A stretch of 64,000 bases of DNA from an uncultured bacterium (GCA_964607485.1 CAZSKP010000004.1:32001-96000), one strand, 5' to 3'. Numbered from the stretch's first letter, positions 19,387-30,064 are shown. The notes: generated by a model not told the origin, from the letters alone. Program-made: numbers and translations.

Positions 19387-20964
19387 TTGAAGAACGACGT
19401 ATATATCCTTGCCTACGACCACGGCACATCGGGCGTTAAGACTTCCATCGTATCGAAACACGGGAAGGTAGTCGCCTCCGATTTCGAGAAGACACCCATA
19501 TACTTCTTGCCGAATGGAGGCGCCGAACAAGACCCGCAGGATTGGTGGAACGCCCTGCTCGCGACATCGAAACGGCTGGTGAGAAAGGGTGTGGTGCCTG
19601 CCGAAGACATTGCCGCAGTGTGTGTCTCAAGCACATTCTCCAGCACGGTCGCCGTGGACAGGCAGGGCAATCACCTCATGAACTCGCTCACGTGGATGGA
19701 CTCCCGTGGGACCCCATATGTGAAGAAGGCGATGGCCGGATTCCCCAGCGTCATGGGCTACGGGCTGTTCAAGGTCTTGCGATGGATTGCCAGGACCGCC
19801 GGAGCCCCGTCGCTGACAGGCAAGGATGATATTGCCCACGTGCTGCTTTGGAAACACGAGTTCGCACACGTATATGGAGACGCATACATGTTCCTCCCGA
19901 GCAAGGATTACCTGAACCTCAAGCTGACCGGTCAGTTTGCGGCGTCGTATGACTCGGTGCAACTGTTCTGGGTGACCGACACAAGGGATGTCAACAATAT
20001 CCGGTATGACGACACACTGATATCTCTGCTGGACATTGACAAGAACAAGCTGCCTCCTCTCAAAGCGTCCACCGACATACTCGGCACGCTGTCTCCCGCG
20101 GTGGCCGAAGAAATGGGCCTCGGCGCGGGCGTGAAAGTGGTGATGGGTTCGCCCGACCATCAGTGCGCCCTGATCGGCTCCGGCGCCGTCAGGGACTACG
20201 AGGGGCATATCTATATTGGCACTTCATCGTGGGTACAGTGTCCGATACCCTTCAAGAAATCCGATGCGTTCCATGCCATCGCCTCCTTCCCGACGGCGAT
20301 ACCGGGAAGGTATCAGAGCGTCAATGAGCAGGACCTTGCGGGCGGATGCCTGGGGTTCCTTGTGGACAACATCCTCTTCCACAAGAACGGTCTCGTCTCC
20401 AGCGAACCTCCTGAGAATCCTTATCAGCTCATGGACGAGATTGCCGAACGTGTCCCCGCCGGCAGCCACAAGCTCATCTTCACACCGTGGCTCAACGGGG
20501 AAAGGACGCCCGTTGACAGCGCCACCCTCAGAGGCGGGCTGTTCAACATTTCAAAAACCACGACTCTCGACCATATTATTCGAGCTTTCATGGAGGGAGT
20601 GGCATACAACACGCGCTGGAGCCTCAAATACGTGGAAGCATTCGTGAAGCGCAGCTTGAATCCGCTCAACATCGTCGGCGGCGGCGCAAAGTCGGACGTG
20701 TGGTGCCAGATTTTTGCGGATGTGCTCGACAGAGAGATTAGACAGGTACAGGATCCTTTGCAGGCGAACGCTCGCGGCGCGGCCTTCATCGCTTTGGTTG
20801 GATTGGGCGAAATTAGGTTCGACGATATTCCGAAATTGATTTCATACGAGAAGAGCTTCTCACCAAATCCGGGAAACCGTCAGCTTTACGATGAACTATT
20901 CGAGTCTTTCCTCCACATATACAAGAACAATAAGCGAATGTACCAGAGGCTGAACCGGCAGTAG
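19387..20964 (+). CDS. FGGY family carbohydrate kinase (xylulokinase-like)
   Basis: 'DHGTSGVK', 'AEQDP', 'TWMDSR', 'GERTP', 'GGGAKS..WCQIFADVL'. Confidence 0.9.
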   Translation: MKNDVYILAYDHGTSGVKTSIVSKHGKVVASDFEKTPIYFLPNGGAEQDPQDWWNALLATSKRLVRKGVVPAEDIAAVCVSSTFSSTVAVDRQGNHLMNSLTWMDSRGTPYVKKAMAGFPSVMGYGLFKVLRWIARTAGAPSLTGKDDIAHVLLWKHEFAHVYGDAYMFLPSKDYLNLKLTGQFAASYDSVQLFWVTDTRDVNNIRYDDTLISLLDIDKNKLPPLKASTDILGTLSPAVAEEMGLGAGVKVVMGSPDHQCALIGSGAVRDYEGHIYIGTSSWVQCPIPFKKSDAFHAIASFPTAIPGRYQSVNEQDLAGGCLGFLVDNILFHKNGLVSSEPPENPYQLMDEIAERVPAGSHKLIFTPWLNGERTPVDSATLRGGLFNISKTTTLDHIIRAFMEGVAYNTRWSLKYVEAFVKRSLNPLNIVGGGAKSDVWCQIFADVLDREIRQVQDPLQANARGAAFIALVGLGEIRFDDIPKLISYEKSFSPNPGNRQLYDELFESFLHIYKNNKRMYQRLNRQ

Positions 20965-21061
20965 CTTTCGACGAGAGGTTCTTGGAGAAGGTCTGGCGGT
21001 CAGCCGGCTCTACCATTGTTGCCTCGCCCCGTGCACGGAAAGGATTTCGCATGCTGCCAAG

Positions 21062-21133
21062 AGTGCAGCTTTCACCCATCCGACCGCATAATCTCGCTCT
21101 CAGAGAGCGAATATTTCGCTTTCGATCCTGCAC
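21062..21133 (+). repeat. Dispersed intergenic repeat, core copy B
   Basis: AGTGCAGCTTTCACCCATCCGACCGCATAATCTCGCTCTCAGAGAGCGAATATTTCGCTTTCGATCCTGCAC. Confidence 0.7.
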
Positions 21134-21352
21134 GATTCTGTCCTTCCATGAATGTCGATTCTTGGCGCATCACATGTTGTAGAACTTCTAGAGAAGCGAA
21201 TATGTGGCAACCCCGGCCGAAAGGGGCAAGATTTCCGTTTCTGAAGGATCTCTTCTGCCGGCTTATGGGAAATAACCGTCGCGGAATTGGGGAAGAACAA
21301 ATGAAATGTCCCCGGCTATGACGCACTCGACCTCGGCTTAGGGAAGGGCACT

Positions 21353-22624
21353 CTAGAAACAGAAATAGTGGACGATCTCTTTTGTCACGGTCACGAGGTC
21401 TTCGACGTAAACGAATTCGTCGGCGGCGTGAGCGCGAAGGTCGAACGCTCTGGCCACACCAAAATGGGCCACATTCAATTTCTGGGGACGCAACGCGTCG
21501 GCCACGCAGGCGAGGTCGGTGGAACCGCTCATACCGCCGAATACGAGGCTGTCGTACCCTTGGACAGTCTTGATCGCCTCCAGCATCTTGCGCACAGCCG
21601 GGGTGTCAATGTCCAACTCGACAGCACCATAACTGCGAATCGTCTCGAGCCCTAAGTCCAGAAGCTTGGACTTTTCTTTTCCCCTTCGAACGGCCTCCTG
21701 AACCTCGGCGACAACTTCATCGGGTTCTTCGTCCGGAATATAGCGACGGTCGATTGTGAGCGTGCATTCGGCAGGAATGATATTGACCTTCGTGCCGCTA
21801 TGCATGATGGTAAGGTTGAACATGGGAGTCATTTTGCCATGTTCAAACGGCGATTCCGGATTGGGAAAAGCAGGCACACGGGATTGCCTCTGCTCCACCT
21901 CTTTCTTCAGGGCAGTCAATTCGACAAGTATCGGCACCATCTCCTCCAGCGCGTTGACCCCGAGAAAATTCATGCCCGAATGACAACTCTTGCCCATGGC
22001 CGTCATCTTGAACTGTATGCTGCCTGCCGCCCCCATAGTATATGCAGGCTCGACCGCGGCAAGGTCAAGCCAAATCAGATGGTTGGAGAAGTATCCGTTC
22101 TTGGCCAGATAATCCGCCCCGCACTGATACTCTCCGCCTATCTCTTCGTCCGTGCACAGAAGCGTATCAATTGAAAACTTGGATTCGAGCCCAAGCTCGT
22201 GCATTACTTTGAGCGCGCCCAACACGCAGGCGATCGGCCCTTTGTCGTCGACCGAGCCGCGGCCATAAAGCTTGCCGTCTGCGACCTCGCCGCCGAAGGG
22301 ATCATGAGTCCATGAGCTGTCAGCCGGAACCACGTCGATATGAGCATAGACCGAAACTTTAGGTTTGTCGTTTCTCAGGCTGGCTATCAGGTTCTCTCTT
22401 GGGCCGAAAAGCCCCGCGGCATCCATCTTCTTCTTATCTTCCGGCACGAGGACTCTTTGAGTTTCGCACCCAAATTTTCTGAACTCAGGCGCCAGAAGGT
22501 CAAGAAACGGGCCGTAATTGCTGCCGGGCGGAACCGACGTGTCGATCCTGATCATCTCGCGCAGGATTTCGACCAGATAATGCTTTTCCATCTCAATTTT
22601 TCTTGAAACATCTTGCCAATCCAC
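21353..22624 (-). CDS. M20 family metallopeptidase/deacylase (ArgE/DapE-like)
   Basis: GTG start 22624 (RBS AGGAGGA). Motifs 'AHIDVVP', 'LYGRGSVDDKG', 'DEE', 'AHAADE'. Confidence 0.9.
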   Translation of the reverse strand: MDWQDVSRKIEMEKHYLVEILREMIRIDTSVPPGSNYGPFLDLLAPEFRKFGCETQRVLVPEDKKKMDAAGLFGPRENLIASLRNDKPKVSVYAHIDVVPADSSWTHDPFGGEVADGKLYGRGSVDDKGPIACVLGALKVMHELGLESKFSIDTLLCTDEEIGGEYQCGADYLAKNGYFSNHLIWLDLAAVEPAYTMGAAGSIQFKMTAMGKSCHSGMNFLGVNALEEMVPILVELTALKKEVEQRQSRVPAFPNPESPFEHGKMTPMFNLTIMHSGTKVNIIPAECTLTIDRRYIPDEEPDEVVAEVQEAVRRGKEKSKLLDLGLETIRSYGAVELDIDTPAVRKMLEAIKTVQGYDSLVFGGMSGSTDLACVADALRPQKLNVAHFGVARAFDLRAHAADEFVYVEDLVTVTKEIVHYFCF

Positions 22625-22708
22625 CTTGACTCCTCCTAAAGTGTGCAAAGCCTCAGGTTAGATCCGTCTGTTTCTGCCACACGCAGTCCGCCACGGATGC
22701 GGCCGGGG

Positions 22709-23896
22709 TCATCTTCGCTTGGTAATCGTCAATTTTTCTACAAGGCTGAGTCCCCTCTTGCGCATTTCGGTGACGAACAACGGTCCGGGCACTCCCACCT
22801 CAACCGGTTTGACTCCCCTTGGAGTCTGGCCCTTGGCGTTCATAATGGTTACTATTGAGCCGTGCCAACCGGTAGTCCTCTCCATGGCTGTGAAGCCCAG
22901 CCGCTCATCATAGTAATCGATCATGTCAAGAAGAACCTCGGACGGGTTCCCATCTTTTTCACCAATAGCCTTGATCCTCACGATGACCAGGTCACGGTCG
23001 GTTTCGGTCGCCCTGATTTTTGGCTCGACACAGGCGTGCAGCACGTCGCGGGGACAGACCTGCATTCCGTTTACCTCAACCGGTTCGAGGTCCATCAAGC
23101 CCATGTCGATGACCGTTTTCCACTGGGCAAAGTGTCCCTTCCAACGCAGAGTCTTGTTCTGGTAAGTCTTGATTTTCCCCTCAAAGGTCCACGGAGCGGT
23201 TGAGGTACCGCCACCTGCCACAAAGGCTTCCATCTTGCCGATGGGCTCGGGGAACTCAAGCACTTCGTAGTCCTCCTCGCGGAAGGTTGGGACCCTTGTT
23301 ATCTTGTGGTCCTTGAGGAATATGGCCTCTCCATAGTACTCATTGGTCAAGCCTGCGATGTTGAAGGTTAAGATGTAGTTGAAGGGCGGTCTGGGATTCT
23401 GGTCGTTACCTCCGTCCCACATATAGATTTCTTCCGTCTTGTCCAATAGAGACATCGCATAGACGGCCAGGGAGGTTCCCATTCCCGGCACCTGGCCGCA
23501 ATCCGGTATGACCGCAATGCCGGCTGCCTTGGCTTGAGAATCGAGTTTCATTTGCTCAAGAACCAAGTCGGTGTTTCCACCCAAATCGCACATACAAGCC
23601 TTCGCGGCGATGGCCGCTCTGGTGATGTCGGGATTGAGCCAGTATGGGACTGCCGAGAGGAAGGAATCCACATTCTTCAAGAAGTCGTTAAGCTGAGGCT
23701 CATCCCTCACGTCGAGTCGCGCCGGATGGGCGATTTCTTTGCCCAAAAGCTTATTCACACGTCGGGCAGAAGCCTCAGCAGCCATGAGGTCTATATCGGC
23801 GATGAAAACCTTTTCGGCATCACCGAACTTGCCCATATCATAGGCTGCTGCCGTGCCCTGTCTTCCACCGCCGATCACCGCGTATTTGTAACTCAC
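22709..23896 (-). CDS. Saccharopine/lysine 6-dehydrogenase family oxidoreductase
   Basis: 'IGGGRQG', 'CDLGGN', 'IPDCGQVPG', 'KTLRWKGH', 'AMERTTG'. Confidence 0.88.
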   Translation of the reverse strand: MSYKYAVIGGGRQGTAAAYDMGKFGDAEKVFIADIDLMAAEASARRVNKLLGKEIAHPARLDVRDEPQLNDFLKNVDSFLSAVPYWLNPDITRAAIAAKACMCDLGGNTDLVLEQMKLDSQAKAAGIAVIPDCGQVPGMGTSLAVYAMSLLDKTEEIYMWDGGNDQNPRPPFNYILTFNIAGLTNEYYGEAIFLKDHKITRVPTFREEDYEVLEFPEPIGKMEAFVAGGGTSTAPWTFEGKIKTYQNKTLRWKGHFAQWKTVIDMGLMDLEPVEVNGMQVCPRDVLHACVEPKIRATETDRDLVIVRIKAIGEKDGNPSEVLLDMIDYYDERLGFTAMERTTGWHGSIVTIMNAKGQTPRGVKPVEVGVPGPLFVTEMRKRGLSLVEKLTITKRR

Positions 23897-23981
23897 CTCA
23901 AGCTCCTATCTGTGCTCCGCTTCGGATCTTTTCTCGTATTCCCTCAGGATTTCGAGAACCGTGTCCTCTCGTCTCCCCACC

Positions 23982-25322
23982 CTATTTGAATCTGGGAAGA
24001 CACTCGGCGTGGGCCGCGAGTAATTCATCGAGCATCTTGTCGATGTCGGCGCAGTTGCGGGTCAACGGGTCGCGAGTCAGAAACTCTCGCGCGCTCGAAC
24101 GGTCGCCTTCAAGCGCGGCTTTCACGACGAGGAACTGATTCTCGGCGTGAGGATTGACGAGCTTGCAGATTTCCTCAGGCAATTCAATCGGCTCGAGAGG
24201 CGAGACCTCATCCGCCGAGAACTGGGCCAGTGTTTCGACTACCGCGCCGGCGGGCAGATTCGCAACTTGCCCCTCGTTGGGAAGATTCACAACATCCACA
24301 AGCGTCGACCCTTCTCCCGCGAGAGAGGCTATTACGTCTGAGATCGCTTCGTTGGATTTCCCGGCGGGCAGAGGGAACGTGCCTTCGAGCATGCCTTCCG
24401 CGTATGCCTTCACCGCAGCAAACCATGAATCCCTACGCTCCTGGATCGTTGTCGGCTTGACGCCGTACCTGTCCTCGGCCTGCTTCACATCCTTCAAATA
24501 GCCGTCGAAGAACTCGGCGATGTGCCTGTCGCCTGCGGCCGGGAGGCAGCCATACTGCTCGAAGAGTTCGAGCTTGAGTCTGGCTGCGTCTATCAAAGAG
24601 GGCGCAAACATGAGCTTGGCATCTTCATCATCGACATGAAATTCGGTTGGATTTTTCATCCATTCTCGAAGCATCTCGAAGCCGTCGCGTCCTTCGAACG
24701 AAAGGCTGAGAAGCCAGATGAAATGATTGACCCCTGCCACCTTCAGCTCAGTCGGAACGTCTTTCGGAAGCTTGAACATGTCACGCAGAACGTAAAGCAC
24801 TGCTCTTAGTTCGTGGCAGAGCCCGATGTTCTTCACCTTGGCGGCCTGATTGAGAGCGAGACATATCGCGGACATTGGGTTGGTGATGTTTACGTACCAT
24901 GCGTCCGGACAGAGCTTCTCCATTCTTCTTGCGATTCCAACCATGACCGGAATGCTTCGCAATGCTCTCGCCATGCCGCCCGGTCCGACGGAGTCTCCGA
25001 CGGTCTGCGTGACGCCGTACTTGAGTGGAATCTCAAGGTCCTTCTCCATGCTTGCAAAACCGCCCGTGGAAATCGTGACGACGACGAAGTCCGCTCCTTC
25101 AAGCGCCTCGGCCTCGTCGGTGGTCGAGGTCAGCGTGCAGTCCGACTTCTTGGCCGCAATCATTTCTTCACCCAGCGCCCAGATTGTTTTCAGGGGTTCG
25201 GGCGAGATGTCCTCCAACACGATGTGGCTCCCACGGAGGCCCGGAGTCAAGAGGATGTCGTTGATGATCGTCGGAGCCCAGTTATAGCTTCCTCCGCCGA
25301 TGATCGCTATCCTTGGGGGCAT
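23982..25322 (-). CDS. Glycoside hydrolase family 4 (NAD+/metal-dependent alpha-galactosidase/glucosidase-like)
   Basis: 'IAIIGGGS', 'QTVGDSVGPGG..RALR', 'NITNPM', 'GLCH', 'GVNHF'. Confidence 0.9.
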   Translation of the reverse strand: MPPRIAIIGGGSYNWAPTIINDILLTPGLRGSHIVLEDISPEPLKTIWALGEEMIAAKKSDCTLTSTTDEAEALEGADFVVVTISTGGFASMEKDLEIPLKYGVTQTVGDSVGPGGMARALRSIPVMVGIARRMEKLCPDAWYVNITNPMSAICLALNQAAKVKNIGLCHELRAVLYVLRDMFKLPKDVPTELKVAGVNHFIWLLSLSFEGRDGFEMLREWMKNPTEFHVDDEDAKLMFAPSLIDAARLKLELFEQYGCLPAAGDRHIAEFFDGYLKDVKQAEDRYGVKPTTIQERRDSWFAAVKAYAEGMLEGTFPLPAGKSNEAISDVIASLAGEGSTLVDVVNLPNEGQVANLPAGAVVETLAQFSADEVSPLEPIELPEEICKLVNPHAENQFLVVKAALEGDRSSAREFLTRDPLTRNCADIDKMLDELLAAHAECLPRFK

Positions 25323-25546
25323 GCTTCCTTCTCCGTTGCACAGATCCGACTGGCGGGCGAGGGCCTGCTGCTTGAGCTAGGCTCTCTTTTCCCATATCTC
25401 CCCATTTTTGTCGAAGTATATATCATCAGGCGCCACGTCTCCAAGGACGTCTTCCGTTTCCGGCCTCTCTTGTGACCCCTCGACGACGTAATACCTCAAC
25501 CGGGCCGACCCGGCCGAGAGCGGTTCCTCAAAGGAGAGTCGGCGGC

Positions 25547-27109
25547 TCACAGGACAAGATTCAGATATCGGATAAAGGCATTGATATCCGGGAAGCTCAG
25601 GTCGGCATTCGGGCTGCAGATGTGTTTCTCATCAAAAAGGATGCACACCCAGCCGCATCCCGCCTCCCGACACGCGATGATGTCGTAAAGAGAATCCCCC
25701 ACGCACAGGGTCTTCTCCCTCGGAAAGTTCAGCCGCCTGACGGCCTCCGCCACAGGCGCGCCCGACGGTTTGTAGAGACCCGAGTCGCGCGTGACCACAA
25801 CATCGAAGCGAAGCCCGAACTTCTCCATAAGGTAAGAGACATTGCGATCTGAGTTATTTGTGACCAGCGCGGTCTTGATCCCTTGGCGTCTAAGGAGGCT
25901 GAGTAGATCCGAGGCAGCGGGCTTGGCCTTCGCAGTCTGAGTTGCTTTTTGTTCGAACTCATGCAGCCGTTGCCACTTCTCCTTCTGCTCCTCGCCTTTC
26001 AGATTGTCCAGGTGCTCGAGGATGGATGCACCGCTCACGCCGAGCGCGGACCTGATGGCCTGCCAGTCATAGTTGGAATCGATCAAGGTGCCGTCCATGT
26101 CGAAGACGCAGGCTTCCAAGCCTTCAAGCAGCCAGACCTTCAGTATCTCGTCTCTCTCGTACCGCGGCAGTGTTGAGGAGGGTTCATCTTCGGCGCACTT
26201 GACCTGACCTATCCATGAAAAGGGGATGCCACGCTCGGCGAGCGCTGCCTCCAGCGCTTCTTTTCCCTCCTCTGCACACCCGACTAACAGGCTTCCGGAG
26301 CCGATAAGTCCGAACGGCTCTATGCCGAAATCGGAGCACAGAGTCTTCGTTGCGGGCAGGATCGGCACTCGGCCGGGTTCCACTCGAATGTGCAGACCCG
26401 AGGCCACCGCCATCTCGTATAACGCCTCGCCGACACCTCCCTCGGTCACGTCGTGCAAGGCGCTCACCTGAGGGCAGGCCGCGGCTATGGTGGCGTCGGC
26501 GACCACGCTGAGCCAGTCTTTTCCGAAAACATCCTCGGCCTCGCGAAACACGTGCGGGCCATGAAATTCATGCAGGCGCTCGGCGAAGTCGTTGAGAAGA
26601 ATCGAGGTTCCCTCCATCCCGGCCCACTTTGTCATACCGACGATGTCTCCCTCGCGGAGACCGCCGCTGGTTATCGGGCGTGTCGTCACCTTGCCAAGCA
26701 TGGTGCCCGCGATTATGGTATGCGGCAGTCCGGGAGCCACCTCGGTATGCCCCCCGATGAGCGCGATGCCGAGGTCTTCGCAAGAGCTGCGTATTTCGCG
26801 CAACAGGGAACTGACGGACTCATCGTCTGCCTGGTCGGGAGAGACGAGCACTACCGCAGTGTAATAGAGGGGGGTTGCGCCGCGCACGGCGACGTCGTTG
26901 GCGTTGACGATAACCGAGAGCCTGCCTCCTTGTGTGGATGTGAACGTGATCGGGTCCGAGGCCACCGCCCATATCTCGCCGCCAATCTTCACGAGGGCCG
27001 CGTCCTCGCCACAGGCGGGACCGAGGAGAACCTCGGGCGGCAGCGCTTCGCGGATGTGTTGCGCAATGTGGTCCCATGGAATTTTGCCCGGCGGAAACTT
27101 TCTCATCAC
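25547..27109 (-). CDS. AIR-synthase-related (PurM-like) domain fused to a C-terminal HAD hydrolase
   Basis: N part: 'GEDAA', 'DPIT', 'VNANDVA', 'GGHTE', 'HDVTEGG'. C part: 'FDMDGTLIDS', 'LVTNN', 'KPS', 'VGDSLYD'. Confidence 0.85.
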   Translation of the reverse strand: MMRKFPPGKIPWDHIAQHIREALPPEVLLGPACGEDAALVKIGGEIWAVASDPITFTSTQGGRLSVIVNANDVAVRGATPLYYTAVVLVSPDQADDESVSSLLREIRSSCEDLGIALIGGHTEVAPGLPHTIIAGTMLGKVTTRPITSGGLREGDIVGMTKWAGMEGTSILLNDFAERLHEFHGPHVFREAEDVFGKDWLSVVADATIAAACPQVSALHDVTEGGVGEALYEMAVASGLHIRVEPGRVPILPATKTLCSDFGIEPFGLIGSGSLLVGCAEEGKEALEAALAERGIPFSWIGQVKCAEDEPSSTLPRYERDEILKVWLLEGLEACVFDMDGTLIDSNYDWQAIRSALGVSGASILEHLDNLKGEEQKEKWQRLHEFEQKATQTAKAKPAASDLLSLLRRQGIKTALVTNNSDRNVSYLMEKFGLRFDVVVTRDSGLYKPSGAPVAEAVRRLNFPREKTLCVGDSLYDIIACREAGCGWVCILFDEKHICSPNADLSFPDINAFIRYLNLVL

Positions 27110-27297
27110 CTTCAGCCCCTATCGCATTGAGCCAGACTCGTTGCCAGCAGTTCCGAACGCTTCAAAGAGTATATCAGAAAAGAGACAGGAGGTCGCCGGG
27201 TTCGCGCGCTTTTCCATGATAGGAATACGCAGCGAAATATGCTATATTGTGGCAAGATTCTACCTGACTTGGTTGCTTGATTACAGACAGACTCGGC

Positions 27298-28611
27298 ATG
27301 ATGGAGCAGGGACACTCGTCGCCTTCGGTCGAAGAAATGATCTTCGACGAGGACGTTCGAAAGAATTTTCGCTGGAATTTCACCGTCAACCTGCTGTATG
27401 GATTGTTCGGCACGACGGGGTGGCGTCTCATCATGGCGCCCACGTTCGTGCCGGATTATATCTACAAGCTCGGCGGTTCAAATCTCATTGTCGGGATCCT
27501 GCTGTCAGTCGGCGGGCTGTCCCGATTCATCACGCCGCCGCTCATCGCAACCTACGTCGAGGACCAATCCCTGCTCAAGAAGAAAGCTGTCCTCATCGGA
27601 ACGCTCATGCGTTCTCAGGTGTTGCTCATCGCGGTTGCGGGGTTTCTTTTTCCCACTGATCTCAATCTGATATCGTTCTTCATCTTCTTTTCATTATTCA
27701 ATATGTTCCTGGGAATGCAGAACGTCGTGTACAACACCGTCATGGCCAAGGTCATCCCTGTCGAGCGGCGCGGGCGCTTCATAGGACTGCGCGAGTTCGT
27801 AGGGGGAGTCACCGCAGCGCTCGTTGCGCTCGCCGCGGGGTCGCTCATCGAAAACCTGAAATTTCCGCAGGGATATGCCTCCACCTATATGCTTGCCTTT
27901 GTCCTTACCTTCGTGGGGCTTCTGTGTTTTGCACTCTCACGCGAGCCCGCTACCCCGGTTGTTCTCAAGAGACTGCCACTGATTGAGCGCCTTCGTTCAA
28001 TGCCGTCGCAGATCAGGGAAGACAGAAGTTTCGCCAACTACTGCTTGTGCCGCGCAATCGGTTCTCTGGCCCTCATGTCGAACCCATTCCTGATTCTCTA
28101 CGCGGGCACCAGGATGTCGATATCGGGCCATCAGCTCGGCCAGCTCACCTTCTGCTATTTCATTGCCCAGACATCCATTAACCTCTACATGGGACGAATC
28201 GCCGATACGAGTGGTTTCAGGAAAGTATTCATAATTTCGGTGGCGATTTGGACGGTAGCGTTGCTGGCGCTGGTGTTGATTCCCGCATCGTATGCCCTCG
28301 CTGTCATCGTCTTCCTCATGCTTGGCGCCGGTGTCGGGGGATTCAATATGTCCATGTCCAATATGGTGCTCGAGTTTGGCGATACCGCCGGGATGCCGAT
28401 GCGCCTTGGCATTGTCAATTCGATCGGCGAAATGGCGACTTCCGTCGGCCCCCTCGTCGCCGGTCTGTTGGCCGACCACGTCTCATATGCCTCGGTGTTT
28501 CTCATCTCAAGCGTGTGTACTGTCTCGACCCTGGGTATTATGTATTTTCGCGTCACCGAGCCGAGATATCGCTACGACGAGGGACCCGACACGAGGACCC
28601 CACCCGGCTAG
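27298..28611 (+). CDS. MFS transporter
   Basis: About 12 hydrophobic segments; 'IPVERRGRF', 'GRIADTSGFRK'. Confidence 0.85.
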   Translation: MMEQGHSSPSVEEMIFDEDVRKNFRWNFTVNLLYGLFGTTGWRLIMAPTFVPDYIYKLGGSNLIVGILLSVGGLSRFITPPLIATYVEDQSLLKKKAVLIGTLMRSQVLLIAVAGFLFPTDLNLISFFIFFSLFNMFLGMQNVVYNTVMAKVIPVERRGRFIGLREFVGGVTAALVALAAGSLIENLKFPQGYASTYMLAFVLTFVGLLCFALSREPATPVVLKRLPLIERLRSMPSQIREDRSFANYCLCRAIGSLALMSNPFLILYAGTRMSISGHQLGQLTFCYFIAQTSINLYMGRIADTSGFRKVFIISVAIWTVALLALVLIPASYALAVIVFLMLGAGVGGFNMSMSNMVLEFGDTAGMPMRLGIVNSIGEMATSVGPLVAGLLADHVSYASVFLISSVCTVSTLGIMYFRVTEPRYRYDEGPDTRTPPG

Positions 28612-28812
28612 AGGTCTCGCCATCCGTCCGGATGCACGACACAATGGAATTTGAGAGATTGTTCGAACCGCCCGAAACCTGAACATCTCGTCGTTTTTCT
28701 GTTATACTCTTAATCGTTGCTCCCGGAATTGCCCTTTCAAGCATTGAGAATGGTTCTTACAGTTCTTCCAAATTGATAGTTGACGCATATACAATTGAGG
28801 GAGGAAATACGC

Positions 28813-29601
28813 ATGGGATTCGTGAAATCGCTTGAAGAAATCATGGCGGCGTATCATGAGAAGGCGGAATTTTATGATGCCGAGATGCTGACCGTCGCAT
28901 GGGAAACAAAGCCGGAGATCGTCGAACGGCTGTTGCCGCCGCCACTGAAGCCGACGGAAAGGCCGCTCGCGCTCGCCTTTGTCGCAAACTATCCACGCAC
29001 GAATTTCAACGTAACATATCTGGAGGGTGCATTATTCCTGATGGCCGAGTACGACGGTGTCCCCGGCGCGTACTGTCTCGCGATGCCGGTGACGAACGAT
29101 ATAGCCATGGCGGGAGGACGCGAGGTCTTCGGTTATCCCAAGAAGATGGCGGTCATCGAGCTGAAGCGGGACGGTGATGACGTCGAGGGATGGGTCGAGC
29201 GGCGCGGCATACGCTTTTTCGAGGTGCGCGCGAAGCTTACCGGCAAGTTCAACACCGAGGACGCCGCGGAAATCCTGTCGGGCATAACCAATCCGGGCGC
29301 CGATTCAGTCGCCGTTTCCTACAACTTCAAGCATTTTCCTGCGCCCGAAGGCGGAGTATTCGACTACAATCCACGGCTCGTCCGCGAGGAAGTGGAACTC
29401 TCGCCGACATCGGCCGAGATGGGTGAGGCCGAGGTAATCATGAAACCGTCGGATTATGACCCTTGGTCGGAAGTCGAGATTGTCAGGCTGTTGGGCTCGA
29501 TCTATACCGTGGGCAATAACACGATGCGCAGGGGAAAGGTCGTTGCCGAGGCCGACCCCGCCGCCTTCGCGCCCTATGCGTTCCTGAAATGGGATGTGTA
29601 G
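28813..29601 (+). CDS. Acetoacetate decarboxylase family protein
   Basis: ATG 28813 (RBS GGGAGG). Motifs 'RLLPPPL' and the Schiff-base motif 'GGREVFGYPKK'. Confidence 0.85.
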   Translation: MGFVKSLEEIMAAYHEKAEFYDAEMLTVAWETKPEIVERLLPPPLKPTERPLALAFVANYPRTNFNVTYLEGALFLMAEYDGVPGAYCLAMPVTNDIAMAGGREVFGYPKKMAVIELKRDGDDVEGWVERRGIRFFEVRAKLTGKFNTEDAAEILSGITNPGADSVAVSYNFKHFPAPEGGVFDYNPRLVREEVELSPTSAEMGEAEVIMKPSDYDPWSEVEIVRLLGSIYTVGNNTMRRGKVVAEADPAAFAPYAFLKWDV

Positions 29602-29727
29602 GGGGTTTTTTGCTGACAAGTGGCGCGAGTGATGTCGATTCAGGGACGCGCCCGCCGCCTTATCTCGGATCACGCGGACGCGATAGGCGCCGGAATAACA
29701 TCATTCTGAAGCGCCAAACCGACAAGG

Positions 29728-29795
29728 TTTTCCGCATCCGACCTTTCAAATACCGCTCCCCGTTGGTCGTGAGCTCGTCTTCGAAGCTCCATTCT
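29728..29795 (+). repeat. Dispersed intergenic repeat, core copy C
   Basis: TTTCCGCATCCGACCTTTCAAATACCGCTCCCC...CGTCTTCGAA. Confidence 0.55.
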
Positions 29796-30018
29796 CTGGA
29801 AGCACGCTTTTCTTCTGTCTGCCACGCGCTTCGGTCAAGACGCTGGCCCATCAGAAGGCGTTCTAGTAAGCAGAAGGATCCTGCAGCAGTGACTGGAGAG
29901 GGGAGCATGGAATCCAGAACCGATTTTCGCTTTCAAATTGCCCGACTTCTCGACCTCAAGACTAAAGCAATAGAATCCTTCCTAGTAAGTTCATTGCGCC
30001 TGTTCCCAATCCCGCATT

Positions 30019-30064
30019 GTGAAAAACCGCCTGCTTTTTGATATACTGGATTTCCCGAGACACC
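30019..30064 (+). promoter_or_regulatory. Promoter block of the mutase operon, near-identical to 39827-39872
   Basis: GTGAAAAACCGCCTGCTTTTTGATATACTGGATTTCCCGAGACACC; extended -10 TGaTATACT at 30039-30047. Confidence 0.6.
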
